From: Bacteroidaceae bacterium
GTDB taxonomy: Bacteria; Bacteroidota; Bacteroidia; Bacteroidales; Bacteroidaceae
Direction: 5' to 3'
Assembly (NCBI GenBank): GCA_017442855.1
Contig: JAFSPM010000049.1
Coordinates: 17,490-81,489 of the forward strand
DNA: 64,000 bases
Within the stretch, counting starts at the first letter, position 1. Each line of letters opens with the position of its first letter. The notes below the pieces were generated by a model. That model saw only the letters and a list, made by a program, of their open reading frames with translations. It was not told where the DNA came from and did not search any database. Position numbers and translations under genes: made by a program. This document shows positions 19,242 through 27,992 of this stretch, piece by piece.

Positions 19242-20365
19242 TTTAATAATGTTTTAAGATAATGTTGAGGTATATTAGTAATAAAATCAGCTTTCAACAC
19301 AGGCTTTGATATGAAGACATCTTTCGCTGTTGTCTTCACTCGCAGCATATGGATAAAATTGAGCGTCTTATGGTTAAAAACCACAATACTCTCCAGTGTT
19401 CCGTCTTCCAGCTCACCTGTATGGGCAAAACATGTAAAATCTTCAGAAAAAATATCCATGAACACATGCAAAGGAACAGTTATTTCAGGTGTGAAGTGTC
19501 CATATTGACGGTGGGTAATTTTCAGGTTCACTTTCTTTCCATTACTATGGATAAGAAAAAGATTGTTCAGACTCAATACAGGGTAGTCCGTTGCAAACAA
19601 AGGGATATAGTTGTCGCCTTGTTTCCTGTAATATACGTCCGATGATAAGGTCTGCAGTTGGTAGCGTACACCTGTTTTTACATATATATCTTTTACATAA
19701 TGCTTTAACCCGACACCACTTTTCAGCGTTTCATCATCATGCATCGAGGCAGTCTTACTTTCTGCAATTTTAATGTATAAAAGCTCGTCAGACTCCTGTT
19801 TGTCAGTCCCTTCTATCAACTCTCTATATAACGGGAATGACAACGTCAATACATGAGTTCCGTACTGCCATACCCCACGCCCTTGATTATCCTCTAAAAA
19901 CAAAGAGAAGCTTGCGGGCATATCCATCTCCTCCAACACCTTGCGAAGGGATCTGAACAAGCCATTGCCATAGTCTATACCGTCTAGTTTCAGTGTCACA
20001 GTATATTCCACCAATTTGGACATCACGCCTTCAGATTCCTGTTGTTCACAAAGTTCCAGAAAGAAACGCTCTATAAAGTCACAGAATTGTTGGCCAGCTA
20101 TTCTCTTCGTTTCCCGACTGAACAAGGAAATCCCTGCGTGACAGAGAAAACCTGATTCATTATACTGGATAGTTATAGACTTTCCCCTCAAAATCTGCGG
20201 AACCATAATCAGAGAATCCTTCTTAGGCAGGTTGTCCAAATGAAGCCCCTCTACCAGCTGTCTGACCTTCCGGCTGGAATACTCAATGTCTGTATAAGGT
20301 GTAGCCAAAACCTGTGAAAGGCACAGACACATGGTCAAAAATAATACCATTCTTCGTATTGTCAT
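19238..20365 (-). CDS. Secreted hypothetical protein
   Basis: 375 aa with signal peptide; ATGA overlaps with both neighbours. Confidence 0.75.
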   Translation of the reverse strand: MTIRRMVLFLTMCLCLSQVLATPYTDIEYSSRKVRQLVEGLHLDNLPKKDSLIMVPQILRGKSITIQYNESGFLCHAGISLFSRETKRIAGQQFCDFIERFFLELCEQQESEGVMSKLVEYTVTLKLDGIDYGNGLFRSLRKVLEEMDMPASFSLFLEDNQGRGVWQYGTHVLTLSFPLYRELIEGTDKQESDELLYIKIAESKTASMHDDETLKSGVGLKHYVKDIYVKTGVRYQLQTLSSDVYYRKQGDNYIPLFATDYPVLSLNNLFLIHSNGKKVNLKITHRQYGHFTPEITVPLHVFMDIFSEDFTCFAHTGELEDGTLESIVVFNHKTLNFIHMLRVKTTAKDVFISKPVLKADFITNIPQHYLKTLLK

Positions 20366-22272
20366 TTTTGCGTGGGTCTTAAAATGTTCTTAATTTCATT
20401 TTTAACAGCACAATAGCCATTTATGAGGTCTTCCTCTGCCAGTATATACTTGCTTAGCCATTCTTTGGATTTCTGGAAGTCAAACTCCACCGTATTACCA
20501 TCCAGATACATGTCTGCCAGTTCCTTCATAGCCTTGGTACTATTCTTTGCAGCAGCTTTTTGAAGCAAATCTTTAGCCTTGGCTACATCTTCACTAACGA
20601 GAATGCCTTCCCTGTACATGATTCCCATTTCTGCCATAGCATCAGGGTATTGCATATCCACCGCACGTTGATAGTAAGACAATGCACGGCTTTCATCAAC
20701 ATCAACGCCAATACCTTCCTTATAGGCCCATCCTAAACGATATGAGGCATACGGACTTCTTTTTAATACTGCTTTCTCATAGCACCTGATGGCTTCCTTA
20801 GGGTCAGTACTGTCATCATACTGTTCCAAAATAGCATCACCGCAAAGAACCATAGCATCTGTATATCCCGAATCATAAGCCCGTTGATAAAGTTCTTGCG
20901 CTTTTCTCATATCCTTTTCAACCCCATTACCTTCTTGATATAGCTTTGCCAAGTTAAGCATGGCAAACAGGTTATTCTTGCCAACTGCTTCCATGAAATG
21001 TGCTACAGCCATACGCATATTCTTTTTCGTTCCCAAACCAGAAGCAATCATACAAGCGAGGTCGTTTAGGGCAGATGCGCTGGAAGACGCTTCTGTGCTT
21101 TTCCTGTTAAGCAATCTCCTTAACTCAAGATTAGAAGTTTTGCTTTCATCTGGGATGGCCGTATAAGATAATCCATCATAATTCTCAGGAACCTTGAGAA
21201 GTATTATCTCGTCTTCGTTTTTTTCTCCTTTTTTCATACCATCCACAAAGGTTTGCTGAACAACGGTTCCAATTAGCCTTTCTCCAAGAGTATGCAGAAG
21301 GAATTCAAATTGTTCAGTTTCGTTTGAAGCTTCCTTGTTCTCTGTTTCATCAGGAGAGTAAAACGATGATTTAAAGCCATCAAAATCCACGTCAAACAGT
21401 TCTGCAACAACCGAACTCATGCCTGTTTTAGGTGTTCTCTCAACTCCAGCATCTTGATTTTTTGCAACAAATCGGAAAGACATGTCCTCGTCTGCCAATT
21501 TAGCCTCTGTCTCTAAGGAACCGTTACTGTTTATTCCCAAGTTTTTCAAAACGGCTGAGTGATCATTCAAACGCATCCACAGATTACCCTCTTGGGAATA
21601 TAAGTCCAATATCCACTGTTCATGCCCATTGGAATCAATATTTCTTGACACCCATCTTCCTAAAAGTTTTCCGTCTGCCTGCACGCTTCTTACCTCAGGC
21701 ACGACTCTCAAAGAGTCAACAGTTAGCGTGTCCTCCTCAGCTTCTGTAGTCAATGTTTCAGATAAAACAACAGAAAATTTAGGCTTATCAACTGTCTCTG
21801 CCAACTTTACAGCCCCTACTTCTTCTTCCTCTGTAATCGCATTATCCAAGCCTGTTTCCTCTGATTCTGCTTTTGGCACGATAGCCTCTGTAACCAGAAG
21901 ATTTTCCTTCGACTTGAAGTCTTTCTCTATCTCATCTATCCTCTGCTGTATAATGCTGGCATTGTCAGCATCAGGCTTAAGTTTAAGGTACTGGCTATAG
22001 CTTATCTGAGCCTTTCTTTGCAAGTTGGCATCATACTTCATGCTATAGAAAATGTCACCGAGCTGAAGATAAGGGTCAGGCAATCCTGGCGCCTTGGTCA
22101 ATAGCTCCTTGTAGATATCAATTGCTTTATCCGTATCTCCCTTCTTTTGGGCGACACTGGCCTGGTAGAAAAGTTTCAATAGCTGTTCTCTTGTTACTTG
22201 CTGGGCCGAAACAGAAATGTAGCACACACAGAGCAACAAAACAATAACAGATGACCTTCTAAATAATCTCAT
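20362..22272 (-). CDS. TPR + Sel1-like repeat protein, secreted
   Basis: Signal peptide from ATG 22272; N-terminal TPR; several Sel1 repeats (AMLNLAKLYQEGNGVEKD, LGWAYKEGIGVDVD). Confidence 0.85.
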   Translation of the reverse strand: MRLFRRSSVIVLLLCVCYISVSAQQVTREQLLKLFYQASVAQKKGDTDKAIDIYKELLTKAPGLPDPYLQLGDIFYSMKYDANLQRKAQISYSQYLKLKPDADNASIIQQRIDEIEKDFKSKENLLVTEAIVPKAESEETGLDNAITEEEEVGAVKLAETVDKPKFSVVLSETLTTEAEEDTLTVDSLRVVPEVRSVQADGKLLGRWVSRNIDSNGHEQWILDLYSQEGNLWMRLNDHSAVLKNLGINSNGSLETEAKLADEDMSFRFVAKNQDAGVERTPKTGMSSVVAELFDVDFDGFKSSFYSPDETENKEASNETEQFEFLLHTLGERLIGTVVQQTFVDGMKKGEKNEDEIILLKVPENYDGLSYTAIPDESKTSNLELRRLLNRKSTEASSSASALNDLACMIASGLGTKKNMRMAVAHFMEAVGKNNLFAMLNLAKLYQEGNGVEKDMRKAQELYQRAYDSGYTDAMVLCGDAILEQYDDSTDPKEAIRCYEKAVLKRSPYASYRLGWAYKEGIGVDVDESRALSYYQRAVDMQYPDAMAEMGIMYREGILVSEDVAKAKDLLQKAAAKNSTKAMKELADMYLDGNTVEFDFQKSKEWLSKYILAEEDLINGYCAVKNEIKNILRPTQK

Positions 22273-22381
22273 ATTCAGTAACACATTGTAAATAACACAC
22301 TTATCGCACCGACACATCACATAAAATATGCCTTGCGACTCTCCTGCAAAAAAAAAGTTTCTGGAAAGGGACTTGTGCCCT

Positions 22382-22606
22382 AAAAAAGAAAAAGCGTGAG
22401 AGTCTGTACCTGTTACTCGTCCCACCTTTAGAGGCTCTCGCATTGCCCATCTGATCAGAACGAGCAACGCAGAAGCCCACGCTGTGATATGATAATGCCT
22501 TGCCTTGTGATAAAGGCATAAGACTGACATTAAAAACATATCCCAATGAACATCTATCGTTGCCTTGTCTTTTGATCAGATTGAAACTTGCGAGATTTCT
22601 AAAGGT
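22382..22606 (-). ncRNA. Structured RNA / attenuator-like leader, copy 2 (5' of cargo operon)
   Basis: ACCTTTAGA/TCTAAAGGT, CTCGCA/TGCGAG, ATCTGATCA/TGATCAGAT, GCAACG/CGTTGC, GATATG/CATATC. Alternative helix GCGTGGG..GTTGCTCGTTC with GGACGAGTAAC..CTCACGC, then a T-tract. Confidence 0.72.
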
Positions 22607-22760
22607 CAAAGACAAAGCGCATAATAAACGCTTTTCCAACTATGTCTGCACCCACCCTTCACTTTAAAACTTTTACATATTAAGGTTACAGGGCAACTGC
22701 AACTGCAAAGGAAAAGATTTATTTTTGTTTTTGCAAGTATTTATAAGAAAAGTTTTTTTT

Positions 22761-22963
22761 TACCCACTTTCTCACTTTCTCACTTTCCCACTTATGACAG
22801 GAAGGTTTTTTGATGTAGAATTGGATAGTTATAATTTGTAAGGTAAAATATTTACAAGAATACTATAATAATATTAATAATATTATTATAGTATTCTTGT
22901 AGTATGCATACAAGTGTATTTGCAGAACATTCTTGTCATAAGTGGGTAAATGAGCAAGTGGGC
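22761..22963. repeat. Inverted motif copies B and C bracketing a perfect 49-bp palindrome (22853-22901)
   Basis: CCCACTTATGACAGGAAGGTT (22787-22807) and AACATTCTTGTCATAAGTGGG (22926-22946); central TACAAGAATACTATAATAATATTA-A-TAATATTATTATAGTATTCTTGTA. Confidence 0.9.
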
Positions 22964-22997
22964 AACCTCCCTTACTTTGACAAGATACTGCCCTAAA

Positions 22998-23058
22998 GTT
23001 GTATAGTATCAAACTGGAGGTTGTATAGTATCAAACAGTGAGTTTGCTAGTATCAAAC
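22998..23058 (+). repeat. Three iteron-like repeats, 22-bp period
   Basis: GTTGTATAGTATCAAAC at 22998 and 23020; GTTTGCTAGTATCAAAC at 23042. Confidence 0.85.
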
Positions 23059-23117
23059 TTGGTCGTGCCTGTTTATCAGTAAAGACAAATCTTTTTCTAC
23101 ATTATTTATTCGAAACA

Positions 23118-23149
23118 TTTGGTAGTTTCGTGAAAAATTACTAACTTTG
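23118..23149 (+). promoter_or_regulatory. Promoter of the HU-like/smalltalk operon
   Basis: TTTG at 23118-23121, 20-nt spacer, TAACTTTG at 23142-23149. Confidence 0.7.
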
Positions 23150-23266
23150 CAGCAAAGCTGCAAAACTCAATGAAAGTCGCGAATTTCGCATGGGTTAACA
23201 GCTCTCTCGCCTCAAGGAATTCGAATCAAGGAAGTAGCCCAATCCAACTTAAATCTTTTATTTATT

Positions 23267-23920
23267 ATGGCAACTAACAGAATTGCTTTGGGGATTAATC
23301 TCCGCAAAAACAAAATCAACGGTAACTCTGGCTACGGCAAGTATTACCCAGTGGTAGATCGTCAGCAAACCCTCAACTTGCGCGGTTTTGCAGAGCACAT
23401 GGTAGATCACGGATCGAAATGGAACCGTGGTGAGCTGGAAAGCGTGCTCTTCCAAATCACCGAGTGCCTGCCCGAGCTGGTGGCACAAGGCGTTCCCGTG
23501 CAGCTGGGCAGTCTGGGTACCTTCTACCCAACGGCACAGATTGTAAAGGGTGCCAGTGTGGCCAGCATCGAAGAGATGGACGGTCTGAACCCTAACACTT
23601 TGGTGAAGGCTATCCACATCCGCTTCAGACCCGACGCTACCAAGCTGGATAACCTCTGCGGTCCTGCCTTCAAGAACGCCTGCACCTTGGAATTGCGTAA
23701 CATCATCGAGACCGAGAAGGTAACCATTGATGGCAAGGTGAAGGTATTGCAGCAGCTTACCCCTATCTCTACAGCTGTGGCAATGACCCGTGCAGGCAAT
23801 GGTGGCTCAACCTCTGGCAGTGGCAGCAGCAACAGCGGCACTGGTTCCGGCACCAACAATGGTGGTAACACGGGTGGCAATACCGGAGGCAACGACGGTG
23901 GCGACGGAATGCAGGTATAA
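23267..23920 (+). CDS. HU-related (histone-like) DNA-binding protein with Gly-rich tail
   Basis: GKYYP, FAEHMVDHGS, ELVAQGVPVQLGSLGTFYPT, IHIRFRPD; G/S/N/T C-terminal tail typical of the Bacteroidetes HU_rel family. Confidence 0.85.
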   Translation: MATNRIALGINLRKNKINGNSGYGKYYPVVDRQQTLNLRGFAEHMVDHGSKWNRGELESVLFQITECLPELVAQGVPVQLGSLGTFYPTAQIVKGASVASIEEMDGLNPNTLVKAIHIRFRPDATKLDNLCGPAFKNACTLELRNIIETEKVTIDGKVKVLQQLTPISTAVAMTRAGNGGSTSGSGSSNSGTGSGTNNGGNTGGNTGGNDGGDGMQV

Positions 23921-23931
23921 GGAGGTGAATT

Positions 23932-24042
23932 ATGAAGAACAAAGACCTTTGGAAGACGGTGATTCAGTTCGCCATCTCGATACTGACAGCAGCACTGACT
24001 GCCATGAGCACCACAAGCTGTATGGGACACGGACCATTCTGA
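23932..24042 (+). CDS. Smalltalk-family small membrane protein (36 aa)
   Basis: Below ORF-track cutoff. MKNKDLWKTVIQFAISILTAALTAMSTTSCMGHGPF; GGAGG upstream; usual position after an HU-like gene. Confidence 0.85.
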   Translation: MKNKDLWKTVIQFAISILTAALTAMSTTSCMGHGPF

Positions 24043-24085
24043 GGAACCATACACTTTCATCCCAAACAGGATGCACACAAAAGAG

Positions 24086-24119
24086 AAAGTCCGATAAGTA
24101 AACGCTTATCGGACTTTTT
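24086..24119. terminator. Intrinsic terminator between convergent genes
   Basis: AAAGTCCGATAAG-TAAACG-CTTATCGGACTTTTT. Confidence 0.8.
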
Positions 24120-24135
24120 GTAAAAACGGCACAAC

Positions 24136-25281
24136 TCAAAAATGGATGGTAACCTGCGTAGCCCCGAAGCCATACTCCTGGAAACTGGCATCCTGCCATC
24201 TGCAACGTGGATATTTTCGTTTAAGCTCATCGAGCAATGCTTTCCGTAAGACGCCCTCTCCTTTACCATGAATAAAAACAATGCGTTTACCTTGCTGGTG
24301 TTTATACTGCTCCATTACCTCGACAAACTTCTTTAATTGATATTGCAGCATGTCAGCATTGCTAAGTCCGTGCGTATTGTCGAGCAAAGCATTGATATGC
24401 AAATCCACCTCCAAAATGGCATGGCGGTCTTCTTTCTTCTGGATGGGTTTACGAGCTGGCTGTACATCTTTCTTCTGTATCAAGGCGTTTTTCACCTCTT
24501 CGGCACTTACATACAACTGCTTGGCAGGTTGGTCGTTTCGCACGATGTCGTACAACAAAGCAGGCTCTTCAAAGAAATCATTCTCTTGGAAAGTGTGCAG
24601 CTTGTAGAATTTCACCACGTCAATACGCAACTCAACACTTACAGCAGGCTTCATGGCAAATGGCTTGCCTTCTTTGAAAGCAATCAGCTGTATGGCCACA
24701 CGCTCCAAGTCGTTGAGTTGTGACTTCTCGAACTCCTCCAAGAAGAGTTTGGTATTTGGTTCTATCAGTCCTTGCGAACGGATCAGGCAAGATTGGTTCT
24801 CTATATTAAAATAGGTGTAGTAGAGGTAGTAGTTGCTATCGTTCACAAGGTAAGTCTCAAAGGGAGTGGTGCTGACTTGCCTGATGTCAACGGGCACGTA
24901 GGCAAGATAAACATTCAACACATCGCCACCCTTTGTCTCTGGCTGGGCAATGAATCGACCGCTTACGCTCGACATGCCCTGTGCAAGAGCCTGTCCCGTT
25001 TCGTCGCCTTTCGATGGAGGCTGCATCTGCGATGTTGCTTTTCCACGATACGGAGCAGCTTCCTGAGCCGCAGGTTTGGCCTGGGTACCCTCTCGTTTCT
25101 CTTTGTGCTGTGGTGTGGGAATGTTATAGTCATCGGTCTCTATCACCACCAATTCTTTTACCTGCATGGGAATCTCAAAGCCGTCGGCATCTTCCACCAA
25201 GGCAATGTCCTTGCCCCGGAATCCCACTACCTTACCGCCTCCTACTTCGGAAAGGAATCTTACCTTATCACCTATCTTCAT
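24136..25281 (-). CDS. DUF2027 / Smr (small MutS-related) domain protein
   Basis: [11 protein letters not shown]-terminus; [22 protein letters not shown] Smr motifs. Confidence 0.9.
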   Translation of the reverse strand: MKIGDKVRFLSEVGGGKVVGFRGKDIALVEDADGFEIPMQVKELVVIETDDYNIPTPQHKEKREGTQAKPAAQEAAPYRGKATSQMQPPSKGDETGQALAQGMSSVSGRFIAQPETKGGDVLNVYLAYVPVDIRQVSTTPFETYLVNDSNYYLYYTYFNIENQSCLIRSQGLIEPNTKLFLEEFEKSQLNDLERVAIQLIAFKEGKPFAMKPAVSVELRIDVVKFYKLHTFQENDFFEEPALLYDIVRNDQPAKQLYVSAEEVKNALIQKKDVQPARKPIQKKEDRHAILEVDLHINALLDNTHGLSNADMLQYQLKKFVEVMEQYKHQQGKRIVFIHGKGEGVLRKALLDELKRKYPRCRWQDASFQEYGFGATQVTIHF

Positions 25282-25289
25282 TGTGTTAA

Positions 25290-27164
25290 TTATTCATACT
25301 TGAACGCCATATAAGAATGAGGCTTCACCGTCATGGCGAACTTGCTCATTGGCTGACGTCTATACTTGATTAAGATATCTTCTTGATTGGCATTCACAAC
25401 AGAACCGTCTTCGAGGTTGGTAAACTTCTTGAACTTGGTGTCGCCTACCAGCTTGATATCTACAGGCTCATCATTGAAGTTCTCAACAATCAGGGTCTTG
25501 TTATCATACATAAACAAGCTTACCTTAGCAGGACCTTCCATATAGAAATCCATATCCTGACTCATGATACGACGGATTTCATTCAAAGCTGGTTCAGGAT
25601 AATCATACAAGTTACCCTTGTCATCCGGAACAGTCAACACATAAAGGTATGCTCCTGTATATAATGCCTTTTGCAGGATAGGGAAGCCAGATACACCCCC
25701 TGTCAACGGGCGACCCGCGCTGATTACCTCCCAGCTGTCGTTGGTCTGATAGAGTACCTGGGGGATGATGAACTCACGTTTGCTCTTGCCAAAACGTCCG
25801 AAGTCGCTTACAATCGCCTTGAGGTCGGAACAACGTAGTTCGGCCACCTCGGCAATCTTTTCCGGAATAGCCTTCAACAAGCCAGTTGTAATAATCACAT
25901 CGTGGCCACCCTGGAGCTGTTTCTTGATCTTGGTCATGATATCAGGATCACCAGCTGCCTGCTCAGTCAGCAACACTATGTTCTGATCGGTTGCAAAAGT
26001 AGGATGCATATCCATAGGCAAACCCATCATACCCAAATAGTTCTGGAGGAAGTCCTCACCCAACGCATGGAAAGGCTTGTATGACTTGATACCGATTGGA
26101 TTACCCAATTTGCCACACAACTCGTCTGCCTTACGCAAAACCACGTCGGCAATGCGGGCCATGGTAGTAGGCGTCACAGTCTGCTTGCCATTCTGGAAAG
26201 GAGCACGCATCTGGTCGTAGTCCCAGCTGGTGCCAGTACCCTGCCACTTGCCACGGTACTCATCCCTTAGGTTCACGCCAATCAGCTGGTTGTAAGCAAA
26301 CAACATCACATCGCGACCCTTAGCGATGGCTGTCAGGTGCAACTGTTCCGCATAGCGGTCCATGCTCATGTTGATGCCACCAGCATCGACCCAACCACCG
26401 CCGTTGTAACCGGGGCGAAGGTTCTCGAAGTAGCGCATGATGTTATAGCTGAGGTAATTCTGCAAGTGCTGGTCGCCTGCAGGATCACGGGTTTCAGTAC
26501 CCGTCCATACACCATCAAAGATAGTGGGACCATCCTGAAGGTTGAAGCCCAATCCAGCGAAATGATCGTACCAGTTAGGATATTTGATAATCACCTTTAC
26601 TTTGGGATTTACAGCCTTGGCTGGTCCTACCACCAATTCCCTGCCAGCTTCATTCATCAGCTTCAGGCGATATTCGGTCCAGGTCATGTTTCCTTTGGCA
26701 GCCACCTCTACCGGACTCTTGCAGCTGGTGAAGAAGAAGTCGTCAAGCAGAAACTCATCAAAATGCTTTGCCGTGTGCTCAGCTATTTTCTGCACAATCT
26801 TCCTGTGTTCAGGGTCAGAGTAGCAGAAAGTCTCAAACTCATTGGCCTCATTCACGGTATATGTTATACCACCAGCCACCTCTATTCCTTGCTTGAGGAA
26901 GAAATTCTTTGCTTTCTCAAGGGTAGCATCATCTACAATCAGCAGGTCACGATGTGTCTCCAGATAAATCTTATCCACATCCAGCTGGTCAGAGATGGTC
27001 TTCCAGGTTGATTCCAGCCACTGGGTGTCTTTCATCTTGTCCACTTCGTAGGCTCTTACATACACTGACACTTTAAAATTCTTGTGTTTAGCCTCTGCCA
27101 TATTAATGGTGAGGAAACATGCCATCAAACAGAGGCATAATCTCAGAAACAAACTATTTTTCAT
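25290..27164 (-). CDS. Secreted hypothetical protein, possibly a TIM-barrel glycoside hydrolase-like enzyme
   Basis: Signal peptide; FCYSD, LDDFFFT, GTETRD segments. Function not established. Confidence 0.55.
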   Translation of the reverse strand: MKNSLFLRLCLCLMACFLTINMAEAKHKNFKVSVYVRAYEVDKMKDTQWLESTWKTISDQLDVDKIYLETHRDLLIVDDATLEKAKNFFLKQGIEVAGGITYTVNEANEFETFCYSDPEHRKIVQKIAEHTAKHFDEFLLDDFFFTSCKSPVEVAAKGNMTWTEYRLKLMNEAGRELVVGPAKAVNPKVKVIIKYPNWYDHFAGLGFNLQDGPTIFDGVWTGTETRDPAGDQHLQNYLSYNIMRYFENLRPGYNGGGWVDAGGINMSMDRYAEQLHLTAIAKGRDVMLFAYNQLIGVNLRDEYRGKWQGTGTSWDYDQMRAPFQNGKQTVTPTTMARIADVVLRKADELCGKLGNPIGIKSYKPFHALGEDFLQNYLGMMGLPMDMHPTFATDQNIVLLTEQAAGDPDIMTKIKKQLQGGHDVIITTGLLKAIPEKIAEVAELRCSDLKAIVSDFGRFGKSKREFIIPQVLYQTNDSWEVISAGRPLTGGVSGFPILQKALYTGAYLYVLTVPDDKGNLYDYPEPALNEIRRIMSQDMDFYMEGPAKVSLFMYDNKTLIVENFNDEPVDIKLVGDTKFKKFTNLEDGSVVNANQEDILIKYRRQPMSKFAMTVKPHSYMAFKYE

Positions 27165-27198
27165 AACAAAAAACAATTATTTTTTGACTTCAGGTTGA

Positions 27199-27948
27199 TT
27201 AAAACGTCCATTTTGCCGCCAATGACGGAATAACAAAGAACTTGTTGTTATCACCGTTGTCATTGAAAATAAAATTATTGCTGACTTCAACTTCAGTACC
27301 CAGACTGAGGTTGACGCCATTCATACCTTTCAGGGTGTTCAAGTTTACCCAGAACTGAGGTTGACTTAACAGAATCAGTTTACCATTCACATCGGGATCA
27401 TACCACAGGTCAGCAAAGCCTGAGAATGTGAGTAACCCTTTCGCGAAGTTGAGTCCCCAAACGGCAGTAGCCTGAAAGCCTGCAAAACCTTTACGCCCCA
27501 TACCCTTGAAATATTGCTTATACAACGCCTGCAGAGAGAAGGTCTTGGAGTAATCCGCACTTGCCCAGTTCCAGGCACCGCCAAGCAGCAAAGCATGTTG
27601 GAAACGGGAGGCGATGGCGGTATGCTCAAGACTGGTGGCACCACCATTGTATTCGATATGAGCCGCCCAGCGCTTGTTCTTGGTGACATTGAACTCACGG
27701 GAGATTTCCCAATAGGCACCAGCAGCACCATCTGTAAAATAAGTGATATCGGTAAACAGGAAAGTAGAGCCCCATTTATCGGGCTTGTACATCTCCACCG
27801 TCGTGGTGACATTAGGACGACCCGACAAATCGCTATATAATGTATGCCCCAAGTCATACAACAACTGTACGTTCTGACCATTGGCGGTAACAAAAAATCC
27901 GTTGGCCAACGTTAACACTACTATCAAACAGAAGAAACATTTTTTCAT
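27199..27948 (-). CDS. DUF5020 / Tsx-like outer-membrane channel
   Basis: QNVQLLYDLG, TTTVEMYKPDKWGSTF, YWEISRE, terminal KWTF. Confidence 0.75.
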   Translation of the reverse strand: MKKCFFCLIVVLTLANGFFVTANGQNVQLLYDLGHTLYSDLSGRPNVTTTVEMYKPDKWGSTFLFTDITYFTDGAAGAYWEISREFNVTKNKRWAAHIEYNGGATSLEHTAIASRFQHALLLGGAWNWASADYSKTFSLQALYKQYFKGMGRKGFAGFQATAVWGLNFAKGLLTFSGFADLWYDPDVNGKLILLSQPQFWVNLNTLKGMNGVNLSLGTEVEVSNNFIFNDNGDNNKFFVIPSLAAKWTF

Positions 27949-27992
27949 AGCTATATTCTTTCTAAATAAATCTTGTTATTGTATCGTCAAAA

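Larger units (their letters stand above)
7189..24135. mobile_element. Genomic island without integrase (primase-helicase / HU-like / smalltalk / M15 module plus cargo operon)
   Basis: Accessory gene block between core rsgA and the Smr-domain gene. A shared 21-bp motif lies at 8410, 22787 and 22926. No att repeats seen, so boundaries are approximate. Confidence 0.6.

Noticed and set aside
22301-22639. 112-aa ORF and the 89-aa N-terminal extension of the Sel1 gene
   Set aside because: Both overlap the structured RNA, the frame is not kept open in copy 1, and the signal peptide begins at ATG 22272.
22998-23058. Mini CRISPR array (also considered for 56165-56433)
   Set aside because: Total period is only 22 bp with ~5-7 nt between units, there are no spacer-length unique sequences, and no cas genes are present.
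23797-23908. GGC/AAC-rich tandem-like repeats
   Set aside because: They encode the usual Gly/Ser/Asn tail of HU-related proteins.
7850-24042. Prophage or conjugative element
   Set aside because: No integrase, terminase, capsid, tail, relaxase or tra genes, and no att duplication seen.
7189-24135. Self-cleaving ribozymes in island intergenic regions
   Set aside because: No convincing hammerhead (CUGAUGA...GAAA with three stems) or twister core found by eye; a cmscan would be needed to exclude them.
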